A stretch of 64,000 nucleotides of DNA from Bdellovibrio sp. (lineage in GTDB: Bacteria > Bdellovibrionota > Bdellovibrionia > Bdellovibrionales > Bdellovibrionaceae): contig JAKFCY010000002.1 in assembly GCA_036676395.1 (NCBI GenBank), positions 1,728,001 through 1,792,000 of the forward strand, in the 5' to 3' direction. Made by a program: the position numbers and the translations under genes. Shown here piece by piece: positions 39,875-49,136 of the stretch; position 1 is the first letter of the stretch, and each line of letters starts with the position of its first letter. Under the pieces are notes generated by a model that worked only from the letters and a program-made list of their open reading frames with translations, made no database searches and had not been told where the DNA came from.

Positions 39875-42061
39875 GTGGAATCTATGATGCATCTACCGGA
39901 GCTTATTCAGGATCTTGGCTTTATTTTAATCACTGCAGCTGTAGTGACGTTGATCTTCAAAAAGCTTAATCAGCCCGTTGTTTTAGGCTATCTGATCGCA
40001 GGTTTTTTAGTAAGCTCGCATGTTCCTTTTTTGCCAAACGTGAAGGATGTTGAATCTATTAAGATTTGGGCCGAAATCGGAATCATCGTTTTACTATTTG
40101 GTTTAGGCTTAGAATTCAGTTTTAAAAAATTAGCGCAAACCGGCAGATCAGCAACTATCACGGCGGTCTTTGAAGTGATCTTTATGTTGGTGGCAGGCTT
40201 TGTTTTCGGCCAAATCATGGGCTGGAATCAAATAGATAGTCTGTATTTAGGTGGTATTTTATCTATTTCTTCGACCACGATTATTATTCGCGCCTTTGAT
40301 GAACTAGGACTCAAAGGGCAGAAATTTGTTTCATTAGTTTTTGGCGTGCTGATCGTTGAAGATATCGTGGCGATTTTACTCTTAGTGGCCCTATCCACAG
40401 TGGCGATCTCGCGTGAACTTTCAGGGCCAGATCTGCTCTATTCGGGTTTTCGCTTAGGATTTTTCTTAATTTTGTGGTTTATCATTGGCATTTACGTGCT
40501 GCCCACACTCATGCGTAAAATCAAACGCTTTTTAAATAATGAAACTACTTTAATAGTTTCTTTAGGGCTTTGTCTTGGAATGGTCAGTTTAGCGACTTAT
40601 GCTGGGTTTTCTCCGGCACTGGGCGCATTCGTTATGGGTTCGATTTTAGCTGAAACTAACGAAGGCCCGCGCATAGAAAAATTAATCCATCCGATTAAAG
40701 ATCTTTTTTCTGCGGTATTTTTTGTGTCTGTGGGAATGATGATTGATCCGGCTATTTTACAGGAGTACAGCTGGCAAATTTTATTAATCACTTGCATCAC
40801 GATTTTTGGTAAAGTGATCAGCACTTCATTGGGCGCGCTGTTATCTGGCGTGAGTTTTCGCCATTCAGTTCAAGCTGGGATGAGTCTTGCGCAAATTGGT
40901 GAGTTCTCGTTTATTATTGCAACTTTAGGCTTAACTTTAAAGGTTACCAGTGATTTTTTGTACCCCATTGCCGTTTCAGTTTCAGCGATCACCACTTTTG
41001 CAACTCCGTACCTGATTAAAAATTCTGACAGCTTACAATTGTTTTTACGGGCTAAACTGCCGGTGAATTTTTTTAATCGAATTGAAAAATATCAAACTGC
41101 TTTCTTAGCTGAGCAAAGTGAATCAGGAATCGTTAAAATTCTATGGCGCGCCTATGGCTGGAAAACTTTGATTAACGGTGTTTTAGTTTTTGCGATCATT
41201 TCTATAGCGATTCTTTTACGTTCGCGCTTTGGCGATTATATTTCTTTTGGTATAGCTTGTTTTCTTTCGATCCCGTTCTACTGGGCGATGTGCTTTGGTC
41301 AGCCTTCGAAATTTTTAACGGATAATGAACTTGTACGTCTTCACCAGCTTGATATTGGTGTTTTTATCGGGCGAAATATTTTAGGTTTTTTATTTGCTCT
41401 TTATGCCGTAAGTAGCTTTATGTCGCTAAACTCATGGCAAGGTTTAGTTTGTTTTGCCAGTCTTACATTGCTGGTGTTTTTTGGTGGTCTTTCGCAAGGA
41501 TTTTATCAAAAAATTGAAAATAAATTCATGAATAATCTGGTGTACGAAAGCCCAACCCGTAAACCCAAACTTGCCCCGTGGGATGCAAGTCTTGCGACTT
41601 TTACTATAAATCCGAACTCAAAATATGTGGGTTTAACGTTATTAGATTCAAAAATTAAAGAAAAATATAACATCACAGTGGCTTTAGTAGAGCGTGGTGA
41701 AAGTAAACATTTAGCTCCGGATCGCGATCTGATTCTTATGCCTTATGATAAGTTATATCTAATAGGTACAGATGAACAGGTTCACAAACTTGGAACTGAA
41801 CTTGAAACTTCAATCTATAAAGATGGCGATAGCCCTGCTGAATCGTATCGCTTACGTTCTTTAAAAGTAACTCCGTCATCCCCATTCGCTAATAAAACGA
41901 TTCGTGAAAGCACAATTCGTGAAAAAACATCGGGTTTAATCGTAGGCATCGAACGTAATGGTGAGAGGATAATTAGCCCCGACTCGTCGATGGAAATCCT
42001 GGTCAACGATATACTTTGGATTGTTGGCGATTATGATAAAATTAGCCGACTGCGTTCATAG
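39875..42061 (+). CDS. Cation:proton antiporter (CPA2) with two C-terminal TrkA-C domains
   Basis: QPVVLGYLIAG, LGLEFS, SSTTI, LIVED, QIGEFSFI; RCK_C repeats. Confidence 0.9.
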   Translation: MESMMHLPELIQDLGFILITAAVVTLIFKKLNQPVVLGYLIAGFLVSSHVPFLPNVKDVESIKIWAEIGIIVLLFGLGLEFSFKKLAQTGRSATITAVFEVIFMLVAGFVFGQIMGWNQIDSLYLGGILSISSTTIIIRAFDELGLKGQKFVSLVFGVLIVEDIVAILLLVALSTVAISRELSGPDLLYSGFRLGFFLILWFIIGIYVLPTLMRKIKRFLNNETTLIVSLGLCLGMVSLATYAGFSPALGAFVMGSILAETNEGPRIEKLIHPIKDLFSAVFFVSVGMMIDPAILQEYSWQILLITCITIFGKVISTSLGALLSGVSFRHSVQAGMSLAQIGEFSFIIATLGLTLKVTSDFLYPIAVSVSAITTFATPYLIKNSDSLQLFLRAKLPVNFFNRIEKYQTAFLAEQSESGIVKILWRAYGWKTLINGVLVFAIISIAILLRSRFGDYISFGIACFLSIPFYWAMCFGQPSKFLTDNELVRLHQLDIGVFIGRNILGFLFALYAVSSFMSLNSWQGLVCFASLTLLVFFGGLSQGFYQKIENKFMNNLVYESPTRKPKLAPWDASLATFTINPNSKYVGLTLLDSKIKEKYNITVALVERGESKHLAPDRDLILMPYDKLYLIGTDEQVHKLGTELETSIYKDGDSPAESYRLRSLKVTPSSPFANKTIRESTIREKTSGLIVGIERNGERIISPDSSMEILVNDILWIVGDYDKISRLRS

Positions 42062-42101
42062 CTTGGCTTTTGCATGCTGAATTCCTCAATGGAGAATTCA
42101 T

Positions 42102-43535
42102 ATGAATATGCGCAACGCAATGACCGTCTTTTTAATCTCAGCATTAACTACAACTGTTTCGTTCGCTGGTCCGATCGTAAATAAATTAGGTAAAAACCCG
42201 TTCAACACTCAAATTGCTGAACTTATCGAATCCGCTTTAGGGCGCTGGTCTCAATCAGATTCATTAAACCCAGCGGTTGCGTTCTATGAAACTTTTCCTG
42301 CACGATCAATGCTGCCTTTAGATGATGTTACATTTGTACCGCGATCGAACGATACAGATTCAGTGGTATTAACTGATTATATTGCCATCGGCGCCCAGTC
42401 GTCTGTGGGATCTGCAATTGGCTTACGTATGGCTTTAGCGCCGCAAGAATCCCGGCTTAAAGTTTCTCAGTCACTGGCCGAAAGTGGATTAGTTAAAAGT
42501 GGTGATATTATCGTCTCAACTCGTCCTCTATTTGCGAACTCGTTACAATACTTAGCCTTACAATTATTAAATACTCACAACTCTGTAGCTGTTGTTGTTA
42601 ACGAAAACGGCAAAAAATTATTTTATAACATCGATATGCCGATGGATGAAGACATGTTAGGAGGTGCAGCTTTGGGTTTTGGCAGATCCACCATCGATTC
42701 ACCGCATTTTACTAAAGATAACAAAAACATGATGGTTCATATTTTACGCCCACGTTTAGACTCAAACCAAAAAGCAAACCTGCAAAAATGGCTAGAAAAA
42801 TCCTTAAGCAAAGCGCGCGCAAAAACTATTTACCCAAAGTTTGTATCTTTTAACAAAGATTACAATAAACCGACGTATCAAAGTAACGGAGATCTATCTT
42901 TCGTGGCTGATGTCGCCCGTCTTTTATTGGGCCAGAAAATGCAGGTTCACAAACATATCAAAATGTACTGCTCTGAATTTTCGTGGGTAATGTTATCGCT
43001 AAAAGATTGTAATCCAGACACAACTGCAGATGATTTCAAAACATCAAAAACTCCGGCATGCGTGAAAGAATTTTTTAAACCGATGCAAATGTTTGGTTCT
43101 GCATTCAGCGGCGGCTCGGCTTCGGATCCGAGTTTATATGGCATGAGTGATGGTATTCCGATGTTGATCACTCAAACGGGGGCATTGCCCCGGACAAGTA
43201 TGGAACTTATCGACTTTGCTTTACCTGGTGTTGATCGTGAAGCGGATGGTTTATCTAGCGGACACAAAGCCATCGCTGCCGAGATGGCACCCTTGATTAA
43301 AAAGGCCAATGGTTACTTCAAGTTAATTTTAACTCGGGAATACTCACAAATTGATGATGCCCGGGCAAAACTAAATCCAGCTGCTCCCCGCAACTATTCT
43401 CCAACTAGTTTTTCAGTACTGGCTGCCATACCAGACACGTTAAACGGTCAAAAAGTAACACAAAAAAAATTCGACTACGTCACAACAATTAAATACCTTC
43501 CCAAAGCTAAACTCAAAGACCTACAGTCGAAATAA
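42102..43535 (+). CDS. Secreted large permuted papain-like protein, paralogue 1
   Basis: Signal peptide; SGDIIVS, NTHNS, MYCSEF; colinear with 43809-45245. Confidence 0.65.
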   Translation: MNMRNAMTVFLISALTTTVSFAGPIVNKLGKNPFNTQIAELIESALGRWSQSDSLNPAVAFYETFPARSMLPLDDVTFVPRSNDTDSVVLTDYIAIGAQSSVGSAIGLRMALAPQESRLKVSQSLAESGLVKSGDIIVSTRPLFANSLQYLALQLLNTHNSVAVVVNENGKKLFYNIDMPMDEDMLGGAALGFGRSTIDSPHFTKDNKNMMVHILRPRLDSNQKANLQKWLEKSLSKARAKTIYPKFVSFNKDYNKPTYQSNGDLSFVADVARLLLGQKMQVHKHIKMYCSEFSWVMLSLKDCNPDTTADDFKTSKTPACVKEFFKPMQMFGSAFSGGSASDPSLYGMSDGIPMLITQTGALPRTSMELIDFALPGVDREADGLSSGHKAIAAEMAPLIKKANGYFKLILTREYSQIDDARAKLNPAAPRNYSPTSFSVLAAIPDTLNGQKVTQKKFDYVTTIKYLPKAKLKDLQSK

Positions 43536-43808
43536 GCCTGTTTTTTCTCGCACCGAGGGGGCATTGCCCCGAATAAACGTAGTGTCTCAATCTGAGAAAA
43601 ACACTTACAGCAACACTGAACTGTGTCTGATTGTGTCTGACGACGAGTTAGACACTAGGGCCCGCAATAATTGTCCTACGTCAAAATTTTAAGCCTTAAA
43701 ACAATTTTATCCTGTTTAAAGCTTTCTGAATCGGGCACTTTTCTTGAACCCTAGCTCTTCGTTGAGTTTTTATAAACGGTTATTAATTATATAAAACGGA
43801 GAAAACAT

Positions 43809-45245
43809 ATGAACATGAAAAAAGCAATTAGCGCCTTTTTAAGTACAGCATTACTGGTAAGCACAGCGACTGCTGGTCCCATCGTAAACAAATTGGGAAA
43901 AAATGCGTTTAACACACAAATTTCTGCAGGGATTGAATCAGTTCTTGGTAAGTGGACTCAGTCTGCTTCATTAAATCCTTCAGTCGTATTCTATGAAACT
44001 TTTCCGGCAAAAGGAATGTTACCTTTAAATGACGTATCTTTTGTTCCCCGTTCAGACGATTCAAATTCAGTTGTATTAACAGACTACATTTCTATCGCTG
44101 CACAATCAGCAACTGGAACTTCATTAGGTTTACGTATGGCTTTAGCACCGCAAGAATCTCGTCTTGAAGCAGCTCGTTCAATGGCTGAAAGCGGATTAAT
44201 TAAAACTGGCGACACTATCGTTTCGGTTCGTCCGATGTTTGCTAACTCATTACAATATTTAGCGATTCAATTACTTAACACGCACATTTCAACTGCTGTT
44301 GTTGTTACTGAAAATGGCCGTAAGGTTGTTTACAACATCGATATGCCGATGGATGGAGACATGTTAGGCGGAGCTTCTTTAGGTTTTGGTAAATCAGCAA
44401 TGGATTCTCCGCATTTCGTAGCTGATAACGAAAATATGATGTTACATATTTTACGCCCGCGTTTAACTGAAGCGCAAAGACAAAACATGCAAAAATGGTT
44501 TGAAAAATCTTTAGCTAAAGCCCGCGCTAAAACGATGTACCCGAAATCTTTATCTTTCAACTCAGATTACAACAGCCCGACTTACCGTGGTAGTGACATC
44601 TCTTTCGTAGGTGATGTAGGCCGTCTTTTATTAGACCAAAAATTAAAAGCTGCTGACCACTTACAAATGTTTTGTTCTGAATTTGCTTGGGTCATGTTAT
44701 CTTTACGTGACTGTAACCCAGATACTACTGCAAAAGATTTCGCAAAAAATAACACTCCGTCTTGCGTATCTAAATTTTTTGAACCAATGCAAGTTTTCGG
44801 TTCTGGCTTTAGCGGTGGTGATGTTGAAAGAGACCAATCATTATATGGTATGACTGATGGTATCCCAATGCTAATCGAGCAAACTGGTGCTGGTCCTCAA
44901 GTGGCTATGCAATTAATCGACTTCTCTTTACCAGGTACTGAAAAAGAAGCAAAAGGTTTATCGAGCGGTCATAAAGGTGTAGCTTCTGCAATGGCTCCGC
45001 TAATCGCTCAAATGAACGGTTACTTTAAATTAGCTTTATTAGACAAAACTGCTGCGAAAATCGATGGAGCAAGAGCTCAGTTAAATCCGGCTTCTCCTCG
45101 TAACTACTCGCCAACAGGTTTCTCGGTTCATGCAGCAATGCCGAACTCGATCAACGGTAAAACTGTATCACAAAAGAAATTTGACTACGTAGTAACTGTA
45201 AAATACGTACCTAAAGCTAAACTTAAAGATCTTCAATCTAAATAA
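43809..45245 (+). CDS. Secreted large permuted papain-like protein, paralogue 2
   Basis: Signal peptide; TGDTIVS, NTHIS, MFCSEF; identical C-terminus PKAKLKDLQSK. Confidence 0.65.
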   Translation: MNMKKAISAFLSTALLVSTATAGPIVNKLGKNAFNTQISAGIESVLGKWTQSASLNPSVVFYETFPAKGMLPLNDVSFVPRSDDSNSVVLTDYISIAAQSATGTSLGLRMALAPQESRLEAARSMAESGLIKTGDTIVSVRPMFANSLQYLAIQLLNTHISTAVVVTENGRKVVYNIDMPMDGDMLGGASLGFGKSAMDSPHFVADNENMMLHILRPRLTEAQRQNMQKWFEKSLAKARAKTMYPKSLSFNSDYNSPTYRGSDISFVGDVGRLLLDQKLKAADHLQMFCSEFAWVMLSLRDCNPDTTAKDFAKNNTPSCVSKFFEPMQVFGSGFSGGDVERDQSLYGMTDGIPMLIEQTGAGPQVAMQLIDFSLPGTEKEAKGLSSGHKGVASAMAPLIAQMNGYFKLALLDKTAAKIDGARAQLNPASPRNYSPTGFSVHAAMPNSINGKTVSQKKFDYVVTVKYVPKAKLKDLQSK

Positions 45246-45272
45246 TTTAAAGCGAAAGAAAACGAGAAATAT

Positions 45273-45779
45273 ATGAAAAAACAAATTTTATTAACTCTAG
45301 TGACTTTGTTAACTGTATCTTCAGCTTTCGCTGAATCAGAGATCACGAGACTACAACGCGTAAAAACTAAAGATTGCTCGACTGCTGAATTAGCAAAAGC
45401 AATTACAGCGACTGCAGATAACGTTCTTTACTCAGAGAAAAAAGTAACTGTTCTTGAAGAAAGCTTAGAAATCACAACAGAACAAAAAGAAGCTGGCACG
45501 ATCGCTAAAGTATTAGGTTCATACCCACGCTCTAGTGTATCAGCGCACAACAAAACTGTTGCTAAAGCAGAAGCGACTGCAGCTGCAGGTAAAGTCGGTA
45601 TCACAGCCCCTGCATCATTTGATGTTGTTTACGCAGTTCAAGATGCATCTGGTGCTCAAATTGGTTCTAGAGGCCGTGTTTCTATCGCAGTAACTTGCCG
45701 TGTAGAAAAAATCGGTAACAAGATCGCTCACGCGGCTTCTCTTTTATCTTTCGATGTAAAAGCTAAAGGCGTTAAGTAA
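45273..45779 (+). CDS. Secreted hypothetical protein
   Basis: Signal peptide; 27 bp after the preceding gene. Confidence 0.7.
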   Translation: MKKQILLTLVTLLTVSSAFAESEITRLQRVKTKDCSTAELAKAITATADNVLYSEKKVTVLEESLEITTEQKEAGTIAKVLGSYPRSSVSAHNKTVAKAEATAAAGKVGITAPASFDVVYAVQDASGAQIGSRGRVSIAVTCRVEKIGNKIAHAASLLSFDVKAKGVK

Positions 45780-45811
45780 TTTTTAAATAAGAAAACCAAG
45801 ACCCAAACTTT

Positions 45812-45850
45812 AAGCCCAGACACTTTATCAAAGTCTGGGCTTTTTTATTT
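45812..45850 (+). terminator. Intrinsic terminator
   Basis: AAGCCCAGAC-loop-GTCTGGGCTT followed by a T-run. Confidence 0.8.
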
Positions 45851-45878
45851 CTGGAACACTTCTTTCTAGACTAGCCGT

Positions 45879-45905
45879 TAAAACCCGCGCCCTGCTTACC
45901 GATAA
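45879..45905 (+). promoter_or_regulatory. Candidate sigma28 (FliA) promoter
   Basis: TAAA-N15-ACCGATAA just upstream of ATG 45913. Confidence 0.6.
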
Positions 45906-45912
45906 AAACGGT

Positions 45913-46542
45913 ATGCAAAACATAAAACAAAAAATCAGCGCTCTTTTTTTATTAGCTACGTTAACAATCGCGGGCAATGCCCATGCTCAGACACTTAAAG
46001 TCGGCGATATTATCTTTCACAAAAGTCAGTCGCAACAAGCAAAAGCGATTACTGAAGCCTCTGGATCTGAATGGACTCACGTTGGAATTCTAGTTGCCAG
46101 CGCCGGTAAATGGTATGTGGCCGAAGCTATTGGCCCGGTTAAAGCAACTCCGCTGCAAGATTTTATCAACCGTGGTAAAAACAAAGAGTATAAAATCTAT
46201 CGTTTCAAACACTTCAATCCAAAAACAATGGAATTAGCATTACATAATGCGATCAAAAGACAAAACAAGCCTTACGACATCTATTTCGAAATGTCTGACA
46301 CTAGAACATATTGTTCAGAACTAGTTTACAAAGCGATGCGCGAAGTAACCGGTCAAGAAGTTGGCACAATGCAAAAGTTTAAAGATTTAAAATTAACTGG
46401 CCCGTATGTGAAAGCGTTAATTAAAAAGCGCCTAACAGACACTGGTCGCGAACTAGATCCGAACGAACCAATCATCACTCCGATCTCACAAATGCGCGAA
46501 TCAGATTTTACGCTCGTAAAACAATACGTAAAATCACGCTAA
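45913..46542 (+). CDS. YiiX/YebB-like permuted papain-like enzyme (Sec signal)
   Basis: AHA signal; GDIIF, WTHVGI, YDIYF, YCSELV; close paralogue of 27449-28099. Confidence 0.88.
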   Translation: MQNIKQKISALFLLATLTIAGNAHAQTLKVGDIIFHKSQSQQAKAITEASGSEWTHVGILVASAGKWYVAEAIGPVKATPLQDFINRGKNKEYKIYRFKHFNPKTMELALHNAIKRQNKPYDIYFEMSDTRTYCSELVYKAMREVTGQEVGTMQKFKDLKLTGPYVKALIKKRLTDTGRELDPNEPIITPISQMRESDFTLVKQYVKSR

Positions 46543-46575
46543 TTACTTTCGCAAAAAATACGAATTACACTTCAC

Positions 46576-46612
46576 AAACCGTTTCCAAGGCATTGCCCCG
46601 AAACGGTTTTTT
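46576..46612 (+). repeat. Hairpin with REP-like core (terminator-like)
   Basis: AAACCGTTTC-caaggcattgcccc-GAAACGGTTT followed by Ts. Confidence 0.6.
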
Positions 46613-46704
46613 ACTTTCCACAACCGCCGCAGTTCCGCACTTCGTCCTTGATCTCGCGTTAAACTGGGCACCGCCCCGCTCTGTAAGTTGCACCATGCGC
46701 ATAT

Positions 46705-47304
46705 ATGCAACAAAGCTTATATTTCAAGACCAAAGTTAATTACAGAAAAGAACACGGCGGAGACCTTTCTATATGCCGACGTAAATCTAAACGCCATCTC
46801 ACGATCAAAAATCCCTTTCATGTAACACTTAGAAGTGAGTATGCGACTGGAAAACGATCTTTGCTGCGGCATAAAAACATGATCTACAAGGTTTTACATA
46901 AGGCTTCTCGCCGTTTCGGAGTTAAGATTTATCAACAGGCGATTTGCGGTAATCATATTCATTTATTAGTACGCGGGCGACAGCGATTTGCGATTCAAAA
47001 CTTTTTTCGCGTTGTTGCAGGCCATATCGCGCAGAAAGTTCTCGAGCTCCACCCGATTTCTGATCAAGAACGCCAGCGGGGCAATGCCCTATCTAAAGAT
47101 GCAAAAGCGAAGTATCAGCGGAAATTTTGGGGAGCGTTGTTGTATTCGAGGATGGTTCGGTGGGGACGGGATTTTTCGAATGTTGTGAATTATATCGAAA
47201 GAAACATCCTGGAAGCTATCGGCTGGATTCCGTATGTGCGAAAGAAATGGCGCTATATAGAAAAAGGTGGGGCAATGCCCCACCTTTTTGAAATTCGTGA
47301 ATGA
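46705..47304 (+). mobile_element. REP-associated tyrosine transposase (RAYT / Y1 HUH) gene
   Basis: FHVTLR, NHIHLL (HUH), KFW, YIERN (catalytic Tyr); no terminal inverted repeats seen. Confidence 0.78.
47261..47289. terminator. Perfect bidirectional hairpin containing GGGGCAATGCCCC
   Basis: AAAAAGGTGGGGCA-A-TGCCCCACCTTTTT at the junction of converging genes. Confidence 0.7.
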
Positions 47305-47315
47305 AAATCTGCTGC

Positions 47316-48644
47316 TTAGCGAATAATTTCTAAGGCTTTATTGATGTGTTTATCACCGTCTTCATCAAATGATGTTGATGTGAATTTGAATTTCGACGAC
47401 GTGTTATCTAATTGTAGTACTGTGAAATTATGTTTGCTTGTCGAATCAAGACGACGCGGGTTTTTCTTTCTTTTTGCATTACCTAAGAAAGTAAAACTGT
47501 GCATTGAACTTGAGGTTATTTCGAATGTTTTATAACCTAAGACTTTCGATTCAATTTGCATAATTTCAGAAAAATGTACGTCTCCTGAAACAAAACACAC
47601 TGGCGCATTGATACGTGACAACTGTTGGCAAATTAACGATAAGTCTTTAGCTTGCTCGTATTCGTAAGCGTCTTTCTTAAGATAACCACCGAAAAATTGG
47701 CTGCCGTTCATTAAAAATGCCGGCGAATTATCAGAACTTAGTGTTGAAAATAATTGGTCCTTTTGCGTCTCGCCCCATTGAGTCGTTGCATTTCTGTTAA
47801 AACGACCATCCATTAAACAAAATTTGTAACCGAAAACAGATAGAACTTGTGATACACCCACGCCACGTTTGTATTTGTCGTGTTCTGGATATAACCAAAA
47901 ATTAGAGAATAATTCTAGCGTGAATTGCTTTCCGCCAAAAGATCCATCGAAGCCATTGCCCCCGAAATCGTGGTCATCCCAAATAGCCATGATAGGAACT
48001 AAGTTTTTGTGACGAAACACTCCGATTTTAGTACGCGTTTCAGTGTAACGTTTCCAAAAACCTAATTGTGTTCCATCATTGCCGTTATCTGCATAACATG
48101 TATCTCCGACCAGAAAAACTAAGTCTGGAGTTTGATTTCCCAACGAGGCCCACATTTGCGTGCATGCTGATTTAAAAAAATCATTCATACAGCTTGCAAT
48201 AGCTACTTTTGGATTTTTCTTATTCGTATCTAAGGCCTTAAAATTACGTTCATCGACGATTTTACCCTTAGCATCTAAAACACGAAATCTATAAGTCTGA
48301 CCTAATTGAAGACCAGTCACTTTAAATTTATCTAATTGTAAATCTGAACCCTTCATTCCCGCTGCTGATAAAGCAACTAAGGCAAGCTTTGCATTTTTGC
48401 TATCAACTACTTCAACCGACAGTTCTGCTGTTTTTGGACGTAGTACATTAAAGTAAGCTAAATCTTCAAAAGTTAAACCTTGATGAATTGGATATTTACC
48501 CGTGTAAGCAGGAGTTGTTGCTAATGTAGATACCATATCTGATTCTTGTGCCCAAACTCTTGAGCCCCCGAAAGGTTTAAATGTAAGAATGCCGGCAGAT
48601 ATAATACCTGAGTGTTTTAAAAAATCACGACGTGATTGTGACAT
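47316..48644 (-). CDS. phoD: Alkaline phosphatase D family protein, Tat-exported
   Basis: SRRDFLK Tat motif; ASC, GDTCYAD, WDDHDF, SGDVH; ATG 48644 after AGGAGG. Confidence 0.85.
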   Translation of the reverse strand: MSQSRRDFLKHSGIISAGILTFKPFGGSRVWAQESDMVSTLATTPAYTGKYPIHQGLTFEDLAYFNVLRPKTAELSVEVVDSKNAKLALVALSAAGMKGSDLQLDKFKVTGLQLGQTYRFRVLDAKGKIVDERNFKALDTNKKNPKVAIASCMNDFFKSACTQMWASLGNQTPDLVFLVGDTCYADNGNDGTQLGFWKRYTETRTKIGVFRHKNLVPIMAIWDDHDFGGNGFDGSFGGKQFTLELFSNFWLYPEHDKYKRGVGVSQVLSVFGYKFCLMDGRFNRNATTQWGETQKDQLFSTLSSDNSPAFLMNGSQFFGGYLKKDAYEYEQAKDLSLICQQLSRINAPVCFVSGDVHFSEIMQIESKVLGYKTFEITSSSMHSFTFLGNAKRKKNPRRLDSTSKHNFTVLQLDNTSSKFKFTSTSFDEDGDKHINKALEIIR

Positions 48645-49069
48645 ATGGATGGTCCTCCTAACTAACCTTTCGGAGGGCAAATTCGCCGATTCGACTAGAC
48701 TTATGTGAATCTGGACTATTGCTAGACCACTGGCCTAACTTCTGTAGTGCGATTGTACTAAAACAAAACGGCGCCAAAAATTATTCACCTGAAATTTGGT
48801 GCACAAGTTCGCTTCAGCCTGAAACTTTTTAAAAAGTTATCACCGTGAATTACGCAGCCAATCTGATTCTCATTCTTACGAACGCACCTTTCAGCATGAA
48901 CTTGTTAAAAAAAAATGAAGGATTAAACAAGAAATTCCAATGTGAAACTGGACTTACATCGCCGGTGGATTCTTGACCTTAGATGGTGACCGGGTCTGGA
49001 TCGTTTGCACTGCTAAAGGCTTTGCAAACAAGAAATTAATTTGCTGTCTCAATTTGATCTATGTTGGCT

Positions 49070-49096
49070 TAAGTGAACAGGTTTTTTTGTCGATAA
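49070..49096 (+). promoter_or_regulatory. Candidate sigma28 (FliA) promoter
   Basis: TAAG-N15-GTCGATAA upstream of the large surface-protein operon. Confidence 0.6.
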
Positions 49097-49136
49097 ATTA
49101 GTCGTGAGATACATGTTGGCACATCTTTGTAAAGCT

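Noticed and set aside
48670..48770. GGGCAAA...GGCCTAA resembling a c-di-GMP-I riboswitch
   Set aside because: The GNRA-capped P2 and GACGCAAAGC core are missing; an Infernal search would be needed and I cannot support it.
48680..49100. Possible DGR template repeat for the lectin-like tips
   Set aside because: No similarity to the 3' ends of the two genes and no reverse transcriptase in the window.
49116..49131. TTGGCACATCTTTGTA as a sigma54 promoter
   Set aside because: The -12 element is misplaced and lacks GC; the sigma28-like motif upstream fits better.
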